Assembly: GCA_031459385.1 (NCBI GenBank)
Contig: JAVKIP010000012.1
Coordinates: 1-64,000 of the forward strand
DNA: 64,000 nt
Reading direction: 5' to 3'
Source of the DNA: Candidatus Fervidifonticultor secundus
Lineage (GTDB): Bacteria; Sysuimicrobiota; Sysuimicrobiia; Sysuimicrobiales; Humicultoraceae
Below the pieces are notes generated by a model that had not been told where the DNA came from, made no database searches, and was given only the letters and a program-made list of their open reading frames with translations. The position numbers were made by a program, and so were the translations under genes. Positions 46,911 to 56,318 of this stretch are shown here, piece after piece. Each line of letters starts with the position of its first letter. Position 1 is the first letter of the stretch.

Positions 46911-47758
46911 GGGTCACGCTCTGGGGCACGCGGGGATCGCTGCCCAGCCCCGGCCCGGAGACCCAGCGCTACGGCGGCAACACGCCATGCGTGGAGGCCC
47001 GCTGCGCCGACGGGACGCTCGTGATCCTCGACGGCGGCACCGGAATCCGCCGGCTGGGCGCGGTGCTCTCCCCGGAGATCGCGCGCGTCGACATCCTGCT
47101 GACGCACCTCCACATGGATCACATCCAGGGCCTGGGGTTCTTCGCGCCGCTCTACCGCCCCGGCCTGGACGTGCACATCTGGGGGCCGGCCTCGCCCACG
47201 CGCGGGCTGCGCGCGCGCCTGGCGCAGTACCTCTCCCCGCCGCTCTTCCCCGTGCAGATCCGCGACCTGCCCTGTCGGCTGGCATTCCACGACGTGCCGT
47301 TCGAGCCGTTCCGGCTCGGTCGGTTGGAGGTCCGCGCCGCGCTGGTGTGCCATCCCGGGCCAACGGTGGGCTACCGGATCACCGAGGACCGCACGGTGCT
47401 GGCCTACCTGCCCGACCACGAACCGGCGCTGGGGGCCCGGCGGTTCCCGGGGGCCCCCAACTGGACGTCGGGGTTCGCGTTGGCGGCGGGCGCCGACCTG
47501 TTGATCCACGACGCGCAGTTCTCCGACGAGGAGTACACGCGCCACATCGGCTGGGGTCACAGCGCCATCGGCCACGTGGCGGCGTTCGCGGACCTGGCAG
47601 GTGCCCGGCGGGTGGTGCCGTTCCACCACGACCCCGCGCACGCCGACGACGTGGTGGACGCGCTGCACGCCCAGCTGCGCGGCAGGGCGTCGTCGTTCGA
47701 GGTCGTCGCCGGCATGGAGGGGACGACGGTCGAGGTCGGCCGGCCCCGCGCCGCATAG
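46907..47758 (+). CDS. MBL-fold metallohydrolase (RNase Z / phosphodiesterase-like)
   Basis: WGTRGS.P.PG....YGGNT.C, DGGTG, THLHMDHIQG, HPG, DHE, HDAQ, GHS and FHHDP; GTGA overlap with the PAS gene. Confidence 0.9.
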   Translation: MRVTLWGTRGSLPSPGPETQRYGGNTPCVEARCADGTLVILDGGTGIRRLGAVLSPEIARVDILLTHLHMDHIQGLGFFAPLYRPGLDVHIWGPASPTRGLRARLAQYLSPPLFPVQIRDLPCRLAFHDVPFEPFRLGRLEVRAALVCHPGPTVGYRITEDRTVLAYLPDHEPALGARRFPGAPNWTSGFALAAGADLLIHDAQFSDEEYTRHIGWGHSAIGHVAAFADLAGARRVVPFHHDPAHADDVVDALHAQLRGRASSFEVVAGMEGTTVEVGRPRAA

Positions 47759-47789
47759 CGGGCTGCTCGGGCGCGCGGGCCGCCGGGGT

Positions 47790-48233
47790 TCAGCGCACGC
47801 CGCGCCGGTACCGGTCGACCGCGATAGCCACCAGGTCGTCGATGGCCGTCTGCAGTTCCTCTTCGCGGGTGCGACCCAGGCGGGCGCGCAGCACCTCGAC
47901 GATCGCCCCCCGCGGCCGGCGACCCACGAAGACCAGGAAGCGGAACCCGAACTTGGCCTCGTAGCGCGCGTTGAGGCACTCCAGCTCCGCCAGGACGGCC
48001 GGATCGTCGTCTGCGCCCTGCTCGGCCGCCGAGAGTGACGGGAGCTGGCGCGCCCCGATGCGGGGATGGGCGTTGATGGCCTCGATCACCTCGTCCTCGG
48101 GCAGCGTGCGCAGCACGTCCCGGGCACGCCCCAGCGGGTCCTCGTACGCTGCCAGGCGCGCGACGAAGCGGGTGCCCCCGCCGAACAGCGCCGCCAGCGT
48201 CTCGACGCTCAGCTGCCCCGGTAGGTCGTGCAC
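47790..48233 (-). CDS. uraD: OHCU decarboxylase
   Basis: INAHPRIG, S..EQ and LN..YE.KFGF.FLVFV. Confidence 0.9.
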   Translation of the reverse strand: MHDLPGQLSVETLAALFGGGTRFVARLAAYEDPLGRARDVLRTLPEDEVIEAINAHPRIGARQLPSLSAAEQGADDDPAVLAELECLNARYEAKFGFRFLVFVGRRPRGAIVEVLRARLGRTREEELQTAIDDLVAIAVDRYRRGVR

Positions 48234-48511
48234 GCGTAGGGGGCGACCAGCAGAGGGATGTGGTGGTGCCGTCGGGGATCGGTGATCTCCACCTGGAGCT
48301 CGACCCGGGTGAAGAACGGCGACGGCGGATAGAAGACCAGACGGTACGTGCCGGCCTCCAGCGCTCCCGGCAGCAGGTCGGGGATGCGCCCGTCGTCGTC
48401 GGTCTCCCGCGCGGACAGCAACGTGCTGCCGCGGTAGAGTTCGACGCGCACCCCGCGCGCCGGCAGGCCGCGCGCCGCATCGAGCACGTGCGTGGAGAGG
48501 GACGGTGCCAC
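48209..48511 (-). CDS. uraH: 5-hydroxyisourate hydrolase
   Basis: LSTHVLD...G.PA, TDDDGR, HHHIPLL and C-terminal YRGS. Confidence 0.95.
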   Translation of the reverse strand: MAPSLSTHVLDAARGLPARGVRVELYRGSTLLSARETDDDGRIPDLLPGALEAGTYRLVFYPPSPFFTRVELQVEITDPRRHHHIPLLVAPYACTTYRGS

Positions 48512-48515
48512 GGCC

Positions 48516-49094
48516 CTACGGCGTGCCGGCCTGGGTGGCCTTGAAGATCGGCAGGATCCCGAGGTGCTGGACCCCCGGGCGATCGTCACCCTCCAGTAGG
48601 ATCGCCGCCCTGGCCACGACGGCGCCGCCGGCCTGCGCCACCAGCTGGGCCATGGCCTCCAGCGTCTCCCCGGTGCTGACGATGTCGTCGATGATGCCCA
48701 CCTGCCGGTCGCGGAGTTTCATGGCGTCGCGGCTGTCCATGTAGAGTTCTTCCTCGGTGCGGGCCGTGATGGGCTTGTACCGCACCGCGAGCGGCGACAG
48801 CATGAACGGCCGGATCTCCTTGCGGCAGACCACATAGGGCTTGAGGCCCAGGTTGGTGGCCACGGCGTGGGCCAGGGGGATGCCCTTGGTCTCGGTGGTC
48901 ACGAAGATCTCGCACTGGGCCAGGCGGGGCGCCAGCAGGCGCGCGGCCCGGTCGATCACCTCGGTGTCGCCCAGGCTGTAGTAGTACGCGATCCAGGTGT
49001 CCGGCGCCACCTGGATCAGCGGCAGGGTGCGGACCGTACCGGCGATCTCCAGGTCGTAGGTCGGCTGGCCCACGAACGGCAACACGTGCGGCAT
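48516..49094 (-). CDS. Purine phosphoribosyltransferase (Apt/Xpt-like)
   Basis: E.KGIPLA and PRPP-binding IIDDIVSTGET; GAGGTGGAG RBS before ATG 49094. Confidence 0.88.
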   Translation of the reverse strand: MPHVLPFVGQPTYDLEIAGTVRTLPLIQVAPDTWIAYYYSLGDTEVIDRAARLLAPRLAQCEIFVTTETKGIPLAHAVATNLGLKPYVVCRKEIRPFMLSPLAVRYKPITARTEEELYMDSRDAMKLRDRQVGIIDDIVSTGETLEAMAQLVAQAGGAVVARAAILLEGDDRPGVQHLGILPIFKATQAGTP

Positions 49095-49241
49095 GCTCCA
49101 CCTCGGCTCGTCCACCAGACTGGCATGCGATCAGCCGGACCGCTGCGCCCGGCTGCCACAGAACAGTTCTGGGGCGGAGGCGGCGACGCCTGCCGCGCGG
49201 GAGCAGGGGAAGGCGCACCGGCTGGACGAACCTCCGGGCCA

Positions 49242-50957
49242 ATGGACCTGGCGCGGCTCATCCAGGTCGCGCGGGGCCGGCAGCCTGCCGACCTGCTGCT
49301 GGCGAACGCGCGCGTGGTGGACCTGTTCACCCCGGCGGTCCTCGACGCCAACCTGCTGGTTGCCGAGGGGCGGATCGCGGGCATCCGCCCCCGCGGCGCG
49401 GCGCCGGCCGCGGTCCAGACGATCGACCTCCAGGGCGCGTACGTGGCGCCGGGCTTCATCGACGCCCACGTGCACATCGAGAGCAGCCTGTTGGGGGTCC
49501 CCGAGTTCGCCGCGGCCGTGGTGCCGCGCGGCGTCACCACGGTGATCGCTGATCCTCACGAGATCGCCAACGTGCTGGGCGCGAGTGGCATCCGGTACAT
49601 CCTGCAGGCGGCCCGGTGGAACCCGCTGAGCGTCTACATCATGGCGCCATCGTGCGTGCCGGCGAGCCCCATGGAGAGCGCCGGCGCCGAGCTCTCGGCC
49701 CCCGACCTGGAGACGCTCATGCAGGACCGATGGGTCCTGGGCCTCGGCGAGCTCATGAACGTGCCCGGGGTGCTGACCGCCGACCCGGACGTGCTGGCGA
49801 AGCTGGCCGTGGCGGGCTCCCGGCCGGTGGACGGTCACGCGCCGGGCCTGGTGGGACCCGACCTCGACGCCTACGCGGCGGCGGGCATCGGCTCGGACCA
49901 CGAATCCACCACGGTCGAGGAGGCGCGGGAGAAACTGCGGCGTGGCTTCATGGTGCTGATCCGGGAGGCTACCGGCGCGCGCAACCTCGACGCGCTGCTG
50001 CCGCTGGTGCACCCCGCCAGCGCCCGGCGTTTCGCCTTCGCCACCGACGACCGCATGCCGCTGCACCTCCTGGAGGACGGCTCGGTCGACGCCATGGTGC
50101 GCCAGGCCATCGCGGGCGGCCTGGACCCGCTGCTGGCCCTGCAGCTCGCCAGCCTGAACGCCGCCGAGCACTTCGGGCTGCGCGACCGGGGCGCCGTCAC
50201 CCCCGGCCGCCGTGCCGACCTGGTGGCCTTCGACGACCTGCGCGCGCCGCGGCCGCGGCTGGTCTTCCGCGGGGGCCGGCTCGTGGCGCGTGACGGCACC
50301 CTGCTGCCCTACGAGCGGCCCGACCGGCCGCCGGCGGTGCGCGGCTCGGTGAACGTCCCGCGCCACACGCTGCACTTCCGGGTACCCGCGCGCGGCCGGC
50401 GTCTCCGGGTCATTGACGTGATCGCCGACCAGATCCTCACCGCCGCCGGGGTGGCCGACGCCCGCGTCACGGCTGGCGAGGTGGTGGCCGATCCCGAGCG
50501 CGACGTGCTGAAGCTGGCGGTGATCGAGCGGCATGCCGGCAGCGGCCGCGTCGGGGTGGGGTTCGTGCGGGGCTTCGGCCTGCGGTTCGGTGCCCTGGCC
50601 TCGTCGGTGGCCCACGACGCCCACAACATCGTCGTCGTGGGCGCCAGCGACGATGCCATGCGGGCGGCGGTGGAGCTCGTGCTGGAGATGCAGGGCGGGC
50701 TGGTGGCCACGGCCGGCCGCGAGACCGTCGCGCTGCCGCTGCCCATCGCGGGGTTGATGTCCGACCGGCCGCTGGCCGAGGTCGCCGCCGCCCAGCGGCG
50801 CCTGCTGGCCCTGGCGCGTCGCATGGGGAGCCGGCTGCCCGATCCGTTCCACACGTTGTCGTTCATGGCGCTGACGGTGATCCCGGCGCTGAGGCTCACC
50901 GACCGCGGGCTGCTGGACGTGGCGCGCGGCGAACTGGTGGACGTCTTTGTGGCCTAA
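49242..50957 (+). CDS. ade: Adenine deaminase
   Basis: PGFIDAHVHIESS, DPHEIANVLG, PSCVPA, DGHAPG, SDHES, TDDR, SVAHDAHN and LPIAGLMS. Confidence 0.95.
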   Translation: MDLARLIQVARGRQPADLLLANARVVDLFTPAVLDANLLVAEGRIAGIRPRGAAPAAVQTIDLQGAYVAPGFIDAHVHIESSLLGVPEFAAAVVPRGVTTVIADPHEIANVLGASGIRYILQAARWNPLSVYIMAPSCVPASPMESAGAELSAPDLETLMQDRWVLGLGELMNVPGVLTADPDVLAKLAVAGSRPVDGHAPGLVGPDLDAYAAAGIGSDHESTTVEEAREKLRRGFMVLIREATGARNLDALLPLVHPASARRFAFATDDRMPLHLLEDGSVDAMVRQAIAGGLDPLLALQLASLNAAEHFGLRDRGAVTPGRRADLVAFDDLRAPRPRLVFRGGRLVARDGTLLPYERPDRPPAVRGSVNVPRHTLHFRVPARGRRLRVIDVIADQILTAAGVADARVTAGEVVADPERDVLKLAVIERHAGSGRVGVGFVRGFGLRFGALASSVAHDAHNIVVVGASDDAMRAAVELVLEMQGGLVATAGRETVALPLPIAGLMSDRPLAEVAAAQRRLLALARRMGSRLPDPFHTLSFMALTVIPALRLTDRGLLDVARGELVDVFVA

Positions 50958-51060
50958 CCGGCCGTGCCCGCGGGCGGCCGGCGCGTTGTGGGAGCCCCGG
51001 TTCGTGTGGTACATACTCCACTGGTCCACGTGCAGTTCCACGCAGGTGGGAGGTGACGGT

Positions 51061-51762
51061 ATGCGTGCTCTGGCTGTGCTGGTTCTGGCACTGGCGCTGA
51101 CGGCCCTGCCCGGCCTCCCCGCCGCAGCCCAGAACGGACCGTACCAGTGGTGGTTGCAGCTCCGGTACTGGGGCTCGGGGCTCGACTTCGGGAACCCGGC
51201 GCCGCCCAGTGCCCACGACAACGGCAACGGATGGGGCGGCACGCTGCGCCTCGACCACCGCACCATGCCGTGGTCGCTGTCGTTCCGGTACGATGCACTG
51301 AGCGTCACCCCGACCAACTGGGTCTGGGACCGATTCTCGGTCTGGGACGCCAACGTGCACTACCGGTTCGGGCCGAGCCTCGATACCTTCTTCGGCATCC
51401 TCGCCGGGTGGCAGGGGACCAACGTCAACGCGCCGGGCAGCGCGTTCAACACGGGCTCGGGCTCGGGCCTCCGGCTCGGTGCGGAGGCGTTCCACCGCAA
51501 CGGCCCCTGGTACTTCACGGGAGAGGCGTCGTACGCCTGGCTGGGCACCGGCGGGTTCACCGGCGCAGGTCTGGCCAACGGAAACGGTACCGACCTGCGC
51601 GCCGCGGTGGGCTACGAGTTCCAGGGCGGCTGGGGGCTGGAAGTGGGCTGGCGCCAGTACACCTGGCGGATCCCCGAGGCATCCGGGTCGGGCTGCCCCT
51701 TCGCGCCGGGGTGCGAGTGGCGGTTTAGCGGCGTCACGGCCGCGCTGACGTTCAGGAAGTAG
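51061..51762 (+). CDS. Putative outer-membrane beta-barrel protein
   Basis: GGAGGTG RBS; signal peptide ending AAA-Q; amphipathic aromatic-rich strands (AAVGYEF, GLEVGWR) and terminal strand FSGVTAALTFRK. Confidence 0.65.
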   Translation: MRALAVLVLALALTALPGLPAAAQNGPYQWWLQLRYWGSGLDFGNPAPPSAHDNGNGWGGTLRLDHRTMPWSLSFRYDALSVTPTNWVWDRFSVWDANVHYRFGPSLDTFFGILAGWQGTNVNAPGSAFNTGSGSGLRLGAEAFHRNGPWYFTGEASYAWLGTGGFTGAGLANGNGTDLRAAVGYEFQGGWGLEVGWRQYTWRIPEASGSGCPFAPGCEWRFSGVTAALTFRK

Positions 51763-52222
51763 CCGTGGCGGCGCGCGCGGCCTCCACGAGGCCGCGCAGC
51801 GCCGCCTCCGCACCGTCTGCCTGCGCCGCGGGCACCAGCAGGTGCTCGTAGTGGAACGACGTGAGGAGCCGCGCAGTGATACCTGCCCGGGCCAGCGTCT
51901 CCACCACGGTCGTAATGTACTCGGGTGCGGCCGGGTCGCGGCGCGCGTCCAGCACGAGGAGCCGGTAGCCGTCCTCTACCTGCGCACGGGGGAACCGGTG
52001 GGCGATCTTGGCCCACTCGTCCGCGGCCAGGACCGCGCGCACTTCCCGCGCCGTGACCTCCACGAAGAACGGCGCGAGCAGGCTGGCCAGCGCGAGGCGC
52101 AGGCTGGGGCTGAAGGCGGCCCCGACGCGCGCCACGGCGAACTCGCGCGGATCCACCTCCACCCGCAGCCCGGCCAGCACGGCGGCCAGACGTGGATCGA
52201 CGGACCCGCCGGGCGGCGGCAC
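51752..52222 (-). CDS. Small ACT-domain-like protein
   Basis: C-terminal V..LARAGI...LTSF..EHLLVP...A..AL resembles CASTOR/ACT_7-type domains; start uncertain. Confidence 0.55.
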   Translation of the reverse strand: MPPPGGSVDPRLAAVLAGLRVEVDPREFAVARVGAAFSPSLRLALASLLAPFFVEVTAREVRAVLAADEWAKIAHRFPRAQVEDGYRLLVLDARRDPAAPEYITTVVETLARAGITARLLTSFHYEHLLVPAAQADGAEAALRGLVEAARAATATS

Positions 52223-52223
52223 G

Positions 52224-53405
52224 TCAGGCTGCGGCGCGCAGGGCCTGCTCGAAGTCGGCGATCAGGTCGCCGACGTCCTCGAGGCCCACCGAGACGCGGA
52301 TCAGGCCGTCGCCGATCCCCGCGCGCCGACGATCCTCGGCGGGAATGCCGGCGCTGCTCGTCGACGCGGGATGGGTCACCAGCGTCTCGGGCCCGCCCAG
52401 GCTCACCGCCAGCAGGCACGTGCGCAGCGCTTCGCAGGTGCGCACGCCGGCGTCGAATCCCCCCTGCACCTCGAACGACAGCATGCCGCCGAAGCCCCGC
52501 ATCTGCCGGACGGCGACCGCGTGCTGCGGGTGCGTAGACAGCCCCGGGTAGTTGACGCGTGCCACGCGCGGGTGCCCGGCCAGGAACTCAGCCAGGCGCT
52601 GGGCGTTGGCGTTGTGGCGCTCCATGCGCAGGCCCAGCGTCTTCAGGCCGCGCAGCAACAGCCATGCCGCGAACGGGTCCAGCACCGCTCCGTACACACG
52701 CAGCAGCCGCCGGGCCCGCGCCACCAGATCGGCCCGGCCCACGACCACCCCGGCCGAGACGTCGGAGTGCCCGCCCAGGTACTTGGTGGCGCTGTGCACC
52801 ACCAGGTCCACACCCAGCGCCAGCGGTGTCTGGTTGTACGGCGAGGCGAAGGTGCTGTCTGCGATGGTGACGGCACCTGCCCGTCGCGCCAGGGCCACGA
52901 CGGCGGTGAGGTCGGTGACTTCCAGCAGCGGGTTGTTGGGCGTCTCGACGTAGAGCAGGCGCGTGGTCGGCCGCAGCGCTGCCGCGTACGCGGCCGGGTC
53001 GCCGGCGTCGATGAACGTGACCTCGACGCCCTGCCGGGGCAGCACGTCGCGGGCCAGTTCGAACGTTGCCTGGTAGACGGCCCGGGGCACCACGGCGTGC
53101 GTTCCCGGTGCAGCTGCGGCGAGCACCGCCACCGTGATGGCCCCCATGCCCGAGGCGGTGGCCAGGGCGTCCTCACCGTCTTCGAGCAGCGCCATGCGCT
53201 CCTCGAACAGCCGCGTGGTCGGATTCCCCCAGCGCGTGTAGTACCACCCGGCGCCACGGTCGGCCCCCAGCGCCGCCCCCTCGGCCATCGTCTCGTACCA
53301 GAACGTCGACGTCTGGTAGATCGGCGGGCTCACCGCCTTCAGCGGGTCGCGCAGGGTCCCGCCGTGGATCGCGCGGGTCTGGAACCCGCGGGCATCTGGC
53401 GTCAT
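52224..53405 (-). CDS. Cys/Met metabolism PLP enzyme (methionine gamma-lyase / cystathionine lyase-synthase family)
   Basis: PIYQTSTF, YTRWGNPT, ETPNNP, HSATKYLGGHSD, AVSLGG.ETL and RVSVGLED. Confidence 0.92.
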   Translation of the reverse strand: MTPDARGFQTRAIHGGTLRDPLKAVSPPIYQTSTFWYETMAEGAALGADRGAGWYYTRWGNPTTRLFEERMALLEDGEDALATASGMGAITVAVLAAAAPGTHAVVPRAVYQATFELARDVLPRQGVEVTFIDAGDPAAYAAALRPTTRLLYVETPNNPLLEVTDLTAVVALARRAGAVTIADSTFASPYNQTPLALGVDLVVHSATKYLGGHSDVSAGVVVGRADLVARARRLLRVYGAVLDPFAAWLLLRGLKTLGLRMERHNANAQRLAEFLAGHPRVARVNYPGLSTHPQHAVAVRQMRGFGGMLSFEVQGGFDAGVRTCEALRTCLLAVSLGGPETLVTHPASTSSAGIPAEDRRRAGIGDGLIRVSVGLEDVGDLIADFEQALRAAA

Positions 53406-53424
53406 GCTCCTCGACGCTCCTCCG

Positions 53425-54309
53425 TCATGCATCCCGGCTCATCCCTGCAACGATGATGCCGGCCAGGATCAGTCCCGCGCCCCAGGCCTGTCGCGGGGTG
53501 AGGACCTCGCCCAGCAGGAGGGCGGCCGCGCCGGCCGCGGCCACCGGCTCGAACGCGAACATCAGCCCAACGTGGGACGGGCTGGTGAAGCGCTGTGCCC
53601 ATCCCTGCACCACCAGCGCGGCCACGGTACCGGTAAGCGCCATGATCCCCACCAGCGCGTAGTCCGTGGCGCCCGCGGCCGCCAGGGCCGCCAGCGGCCG
53701 CTCGGCGACGGCCGCCACCGCCGAGAGCGCAGTGACGGGCAGCACCTGAACCGTGGCCAGCACGGGCGCGGGAGCGCCGGGCGCCAGGCGGTCGACCATC
53801 ACGATCTGCACCGCAAAGCAGACGGCGCAGGCCGCCACCAGCACGTCCCCGGGGGTGGGCCCGCCCGGGGCGACCAGCGACAGCAGCGCCAACCCGACCG
53901 TCGCCGCGACGACGCCAGCCACCACGCCCGGCCGCGGACGCCGCCGCAGCCACAGTGCAGTCAGCACCGGGACCAGCGCGACCGACAGCCCCGTGATGAA
54001 GCCGGCCGTGGACGCGGTCGTCACGCGCAGCCCCACGGTCTGGAAGGCATAGCCGCCGAACAGCACGCCGCCCGCCAGCGCGCCGAGCGTCCAGATCCGC
54101 GCGCCGGCCGCGCGCAGGTGCGCGCGCTGCCAGACCAGCAGCACCGCTGCCGCCACCACGAAGCGCAGCGCCAGGTACGTGAAGGGAGGAATCGTCTCGA
54201 GCACGCGTTTGCCCAGCGGAAACGTCAGCCCCCAGGCTCCCGCCACCGCCAGCAGCGCGGCATCGGCGGCCACGGGGCGCGCGCGCCAGACAGTCACGAG
54301 TTCCGCCAT
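53425..54309 (-). CDS. EamA/DMT family transporter
   Basis: Ten TMs; WG.TF, LRF, QTVGL..TTAS.AGFI and EPV. Confidence 0.9.
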   Translation of the reverse strand: MAELVTVWRARPVAADAALLAVAGAWGLTFPLGKRVLETIPPFTYLALRFVVAAAVLLVWQRAHLRAAGARIWTLGALAGGVLFGGYAFQTVGLRVTTASTAGFITGLSVALVPVLTALWLRRRPRPGVVAGVVAATVGLALLSLVAPGGPTPGDVLVAACAVCFAVQIVMVDRLAPGAPAPVLATVQVLPVTALSAVAAVAERPLAALAAAGATDYALVGIMALTGTVAALVVQGWAQRFTSPSHVGLMFAFEPVAAAGAAALLLGEVLTPRQAWGAGLILAGIIVAGMSRDA

Positions 54310-54447
54310 TTCGCGCCGCCCCGCACCGGCTCCTGTGCCACCGGCGCTGGCGCTCGTCCGACATGCCGGCCCGCGGGGGGTTGCGCAGGACACAACGGGC
54401 AGGCGCGGGCAGGCGCCATGGCGGGCTTAGCGGAAGATACCGGTCTG

Positions 54448-56241
54448 ATGAGCCAGGACGGCTGGATCGTCACGGGCATCCTGCTGGCGACGGTGGCCGC
54501 GTTCGGCTGGGGACGCGCGCGGCCGGAGGTCATCACCCTCGCCGCGGTGGGTGCGCTGGGCCTGTCCCGGATCGCCACGCCGACCCAGGCCTTCGCGGGC
54601 TTCGGCGATCCCGCGACCGTCACCGTGGCCCTGGTCTTCGTGCTGAGCGCGGCCATGGAGCGCACCGGGCTGGCATACCGGGCGGCACGCTCGCTCGTCG
54701 GCACCGTCGGTGGAGGCGAGGGGCGGCTGCTGGCGGCGCTGATGCTGCTGGCCGGTGCGCTCACCGGCGTGATGAACAACATCGGGGCGATGGCGGTGCT
54801 GATGCCCGTGGCCGTGGCCGTCGCCCGCGAAGCACAGCTCAGCCCCGCGCGCCTGCTCATGCCGCTGGCCATCGCCATCCGTCAGGGCGGCGCGCTGACG
54901 CTGGTCGCCGGGCCGTCGAACCTGGTGGTCAGCGGGCTGCTGGCCGCCGCGGGCTTCGGAGCCCTCCGCTTCTTCTCGTACCTGCCGGTCGGGCTCGCGC
55001 TGCTGGCGGTCACCGTCGCCTTCATGCTGACCGCCGGCCGGCGCCTCCTCCCGGTGCGGCCCGCTCCCCCACACACAGGGCGCCTGCGCCGCCGTGACCT
55101 GCCAAAGGAGTACCGGCTGGCCGAGCGCCTGTTCCGGCTGCGCGTGGACGAGGACTCACCGCTGGCGTCGCGCACCCTGGCGCAGACCGCCCTGGGCCAC
55201 GCGTTCCGCCTGCACGTGCTGGCGATCCAGCGCGGACGCCGACGCATCGTGGCGCCGCTCCCGACAGAGCAGGTGCTGCCTGGCGACGTGCTCGTGGTCC
55301 AGGGGCGCCCCGAGGACCTCGAGCGCCTGCAGCACCTGGGTCCCATCGAGGTCGTCACGCGGGAGGTCGACCGCTCCGAGCCGTTGGAGACCGAGGCGAT
55401 CGGCCTGGTCGAGGTGGTCCTGGCACCGCGATCCGAGCTGGCCGGGAAGACGCTGCGCGATCTCGAGTTCCGACAGCGCTACGGCCTCAACGTCGTGGCC
55501 ATCTGGCGCGAGGGCCGTCCCTATCGCACCGGGCTGGGCGAGCAGGCGCTGCGCTACGGCGACGCCCTGCTGGTCCAGGGGCCGCGCGACCGGCTGCGGG
55601 CGCTGCGCGCCGACCCCAGCTTCGTCGTGCTGGAGGAGCCGGAAGCCCCGCGCACGGCCCGGGTGGGGGTCGCGGCCGGGGCCGTGCTGGTGCTGATCGT
55701 GCTGGCCAGCACGGGGGCGGTGCCGGTGGCGCTGGCCGCGCTGCTGGCCGCGGGCGTCGCCGTCACCGGCGGGGCCGTCACCGTGGAAGAAGCTATCGGC
55801 GCCGTGGACTGGCGCACGGTGATCGTCATCGGGGGGCTGCTGCCCCTGGGCGCCGCGCTCAACGCCACCGGCGCGGCGGCCGCCATCGCGCGCGCGGGCC
55901 TGGCGATCGCGGGCTCGTCGCCGCTGTCGGCGCTGGTGGCCAGCTTCACGGCAGCGATGGTCATCGGCCACGTCGTGCCGAGCATCCCCACGACGATCCT
56001 GCTGGCGCCGATCGCGCTGGACCTGGCGCAGGCCCTGGGCGCTAACCCGGTCCCATTCATGATCGTGATCTCGTGCGCCAGCAGCACGACGCTGCTGACG
56101 CCGATCAGCCATCCGGTGAGCCTGATGATCATGGGGCCCGGGGACTACCGGTTCGGCGACTACGTCAGAGTGGGCGCGCCGCTGGCCGTGCTGCTCAGCG
56201 TCACGCTGGTAGCGGTGGCGGTGCTGGTCTGGGGGCTCTGA
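54448..56241 (+). CDS. SLC13/CitMHS-type permease with two TrkA-C (RCK_C) domains
   Basis: AFAGFGDPA, MNNIGA, two internal RCK_C repeats, TPISHPV..IMGPG.Y.F.DY..VG.PL. Confidence 0.9.
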   Translation: MSQDGWIVTGILLATVAAFGWGRARPEVITLAAVGALGLSRIATPTQAFAGFGDPATVTVALVFVLSAAMERTGLAYRAARSLVGTVGGGEGRLLAALMLLAGALTGVMNNIGAMAVLMPVAVAVAREAQLSPARLLMPLAIAIRQGGALTLVAGPSNLVVSGLLAAAGFGALRFFSYLPVGLALLAVTVAFMLTAGRRLLPVRPAPPHTGRLRRRDLPKEYRLAERLFRLRVDEDSPLASRTLAQTALGHAFRLHVLAIQRGRRRIVAPLPTEQVLPGDVLVVQGRPEDLERLQHLGPIEVVTREVDRSEPLETEAIGLVEVVLAPRSELAGKTLRDLEFRQRYGLNVVAIWREGRPYRTGLGEQALRYGDALLVQGPRDRLRALRADPSFVVLEEPEAPRTARVGVAAGAVLVLIVLASTGAVPVALAALLAAGVAVTGGAVTVEEAIGAVDWRTVIVIGGLLPLGAALNATGAAAAIARAGLAIAGSSPLSALVASFTAAMVIGHVVPSIPTTILLAPIALDLAQALGANPVPFMIVISCASSTTLLTPISHPVSLMIMGPGDYRFGDYVRVGAPLAVLLSVTLVAVAVLVWGL

Positions 56242-56318
56242 GGGCGTCCTGTGATGCCGCGGGCCCCGTGCGCCGGACGAGTGCAGGGGCGTACCGGACG
56301 CCCACAGAAGAGCACCGC

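Noticed and set aside
49095..49241. Purine, ZTP or PRPP riboswitch between the PRTase and ade
   Set aside because: Small hairpins exist (e.g. CAGCCGG...CCGGCTG) but I could not match any aptamer consensus by eye; an Infernal/Rfam scan would settle it.
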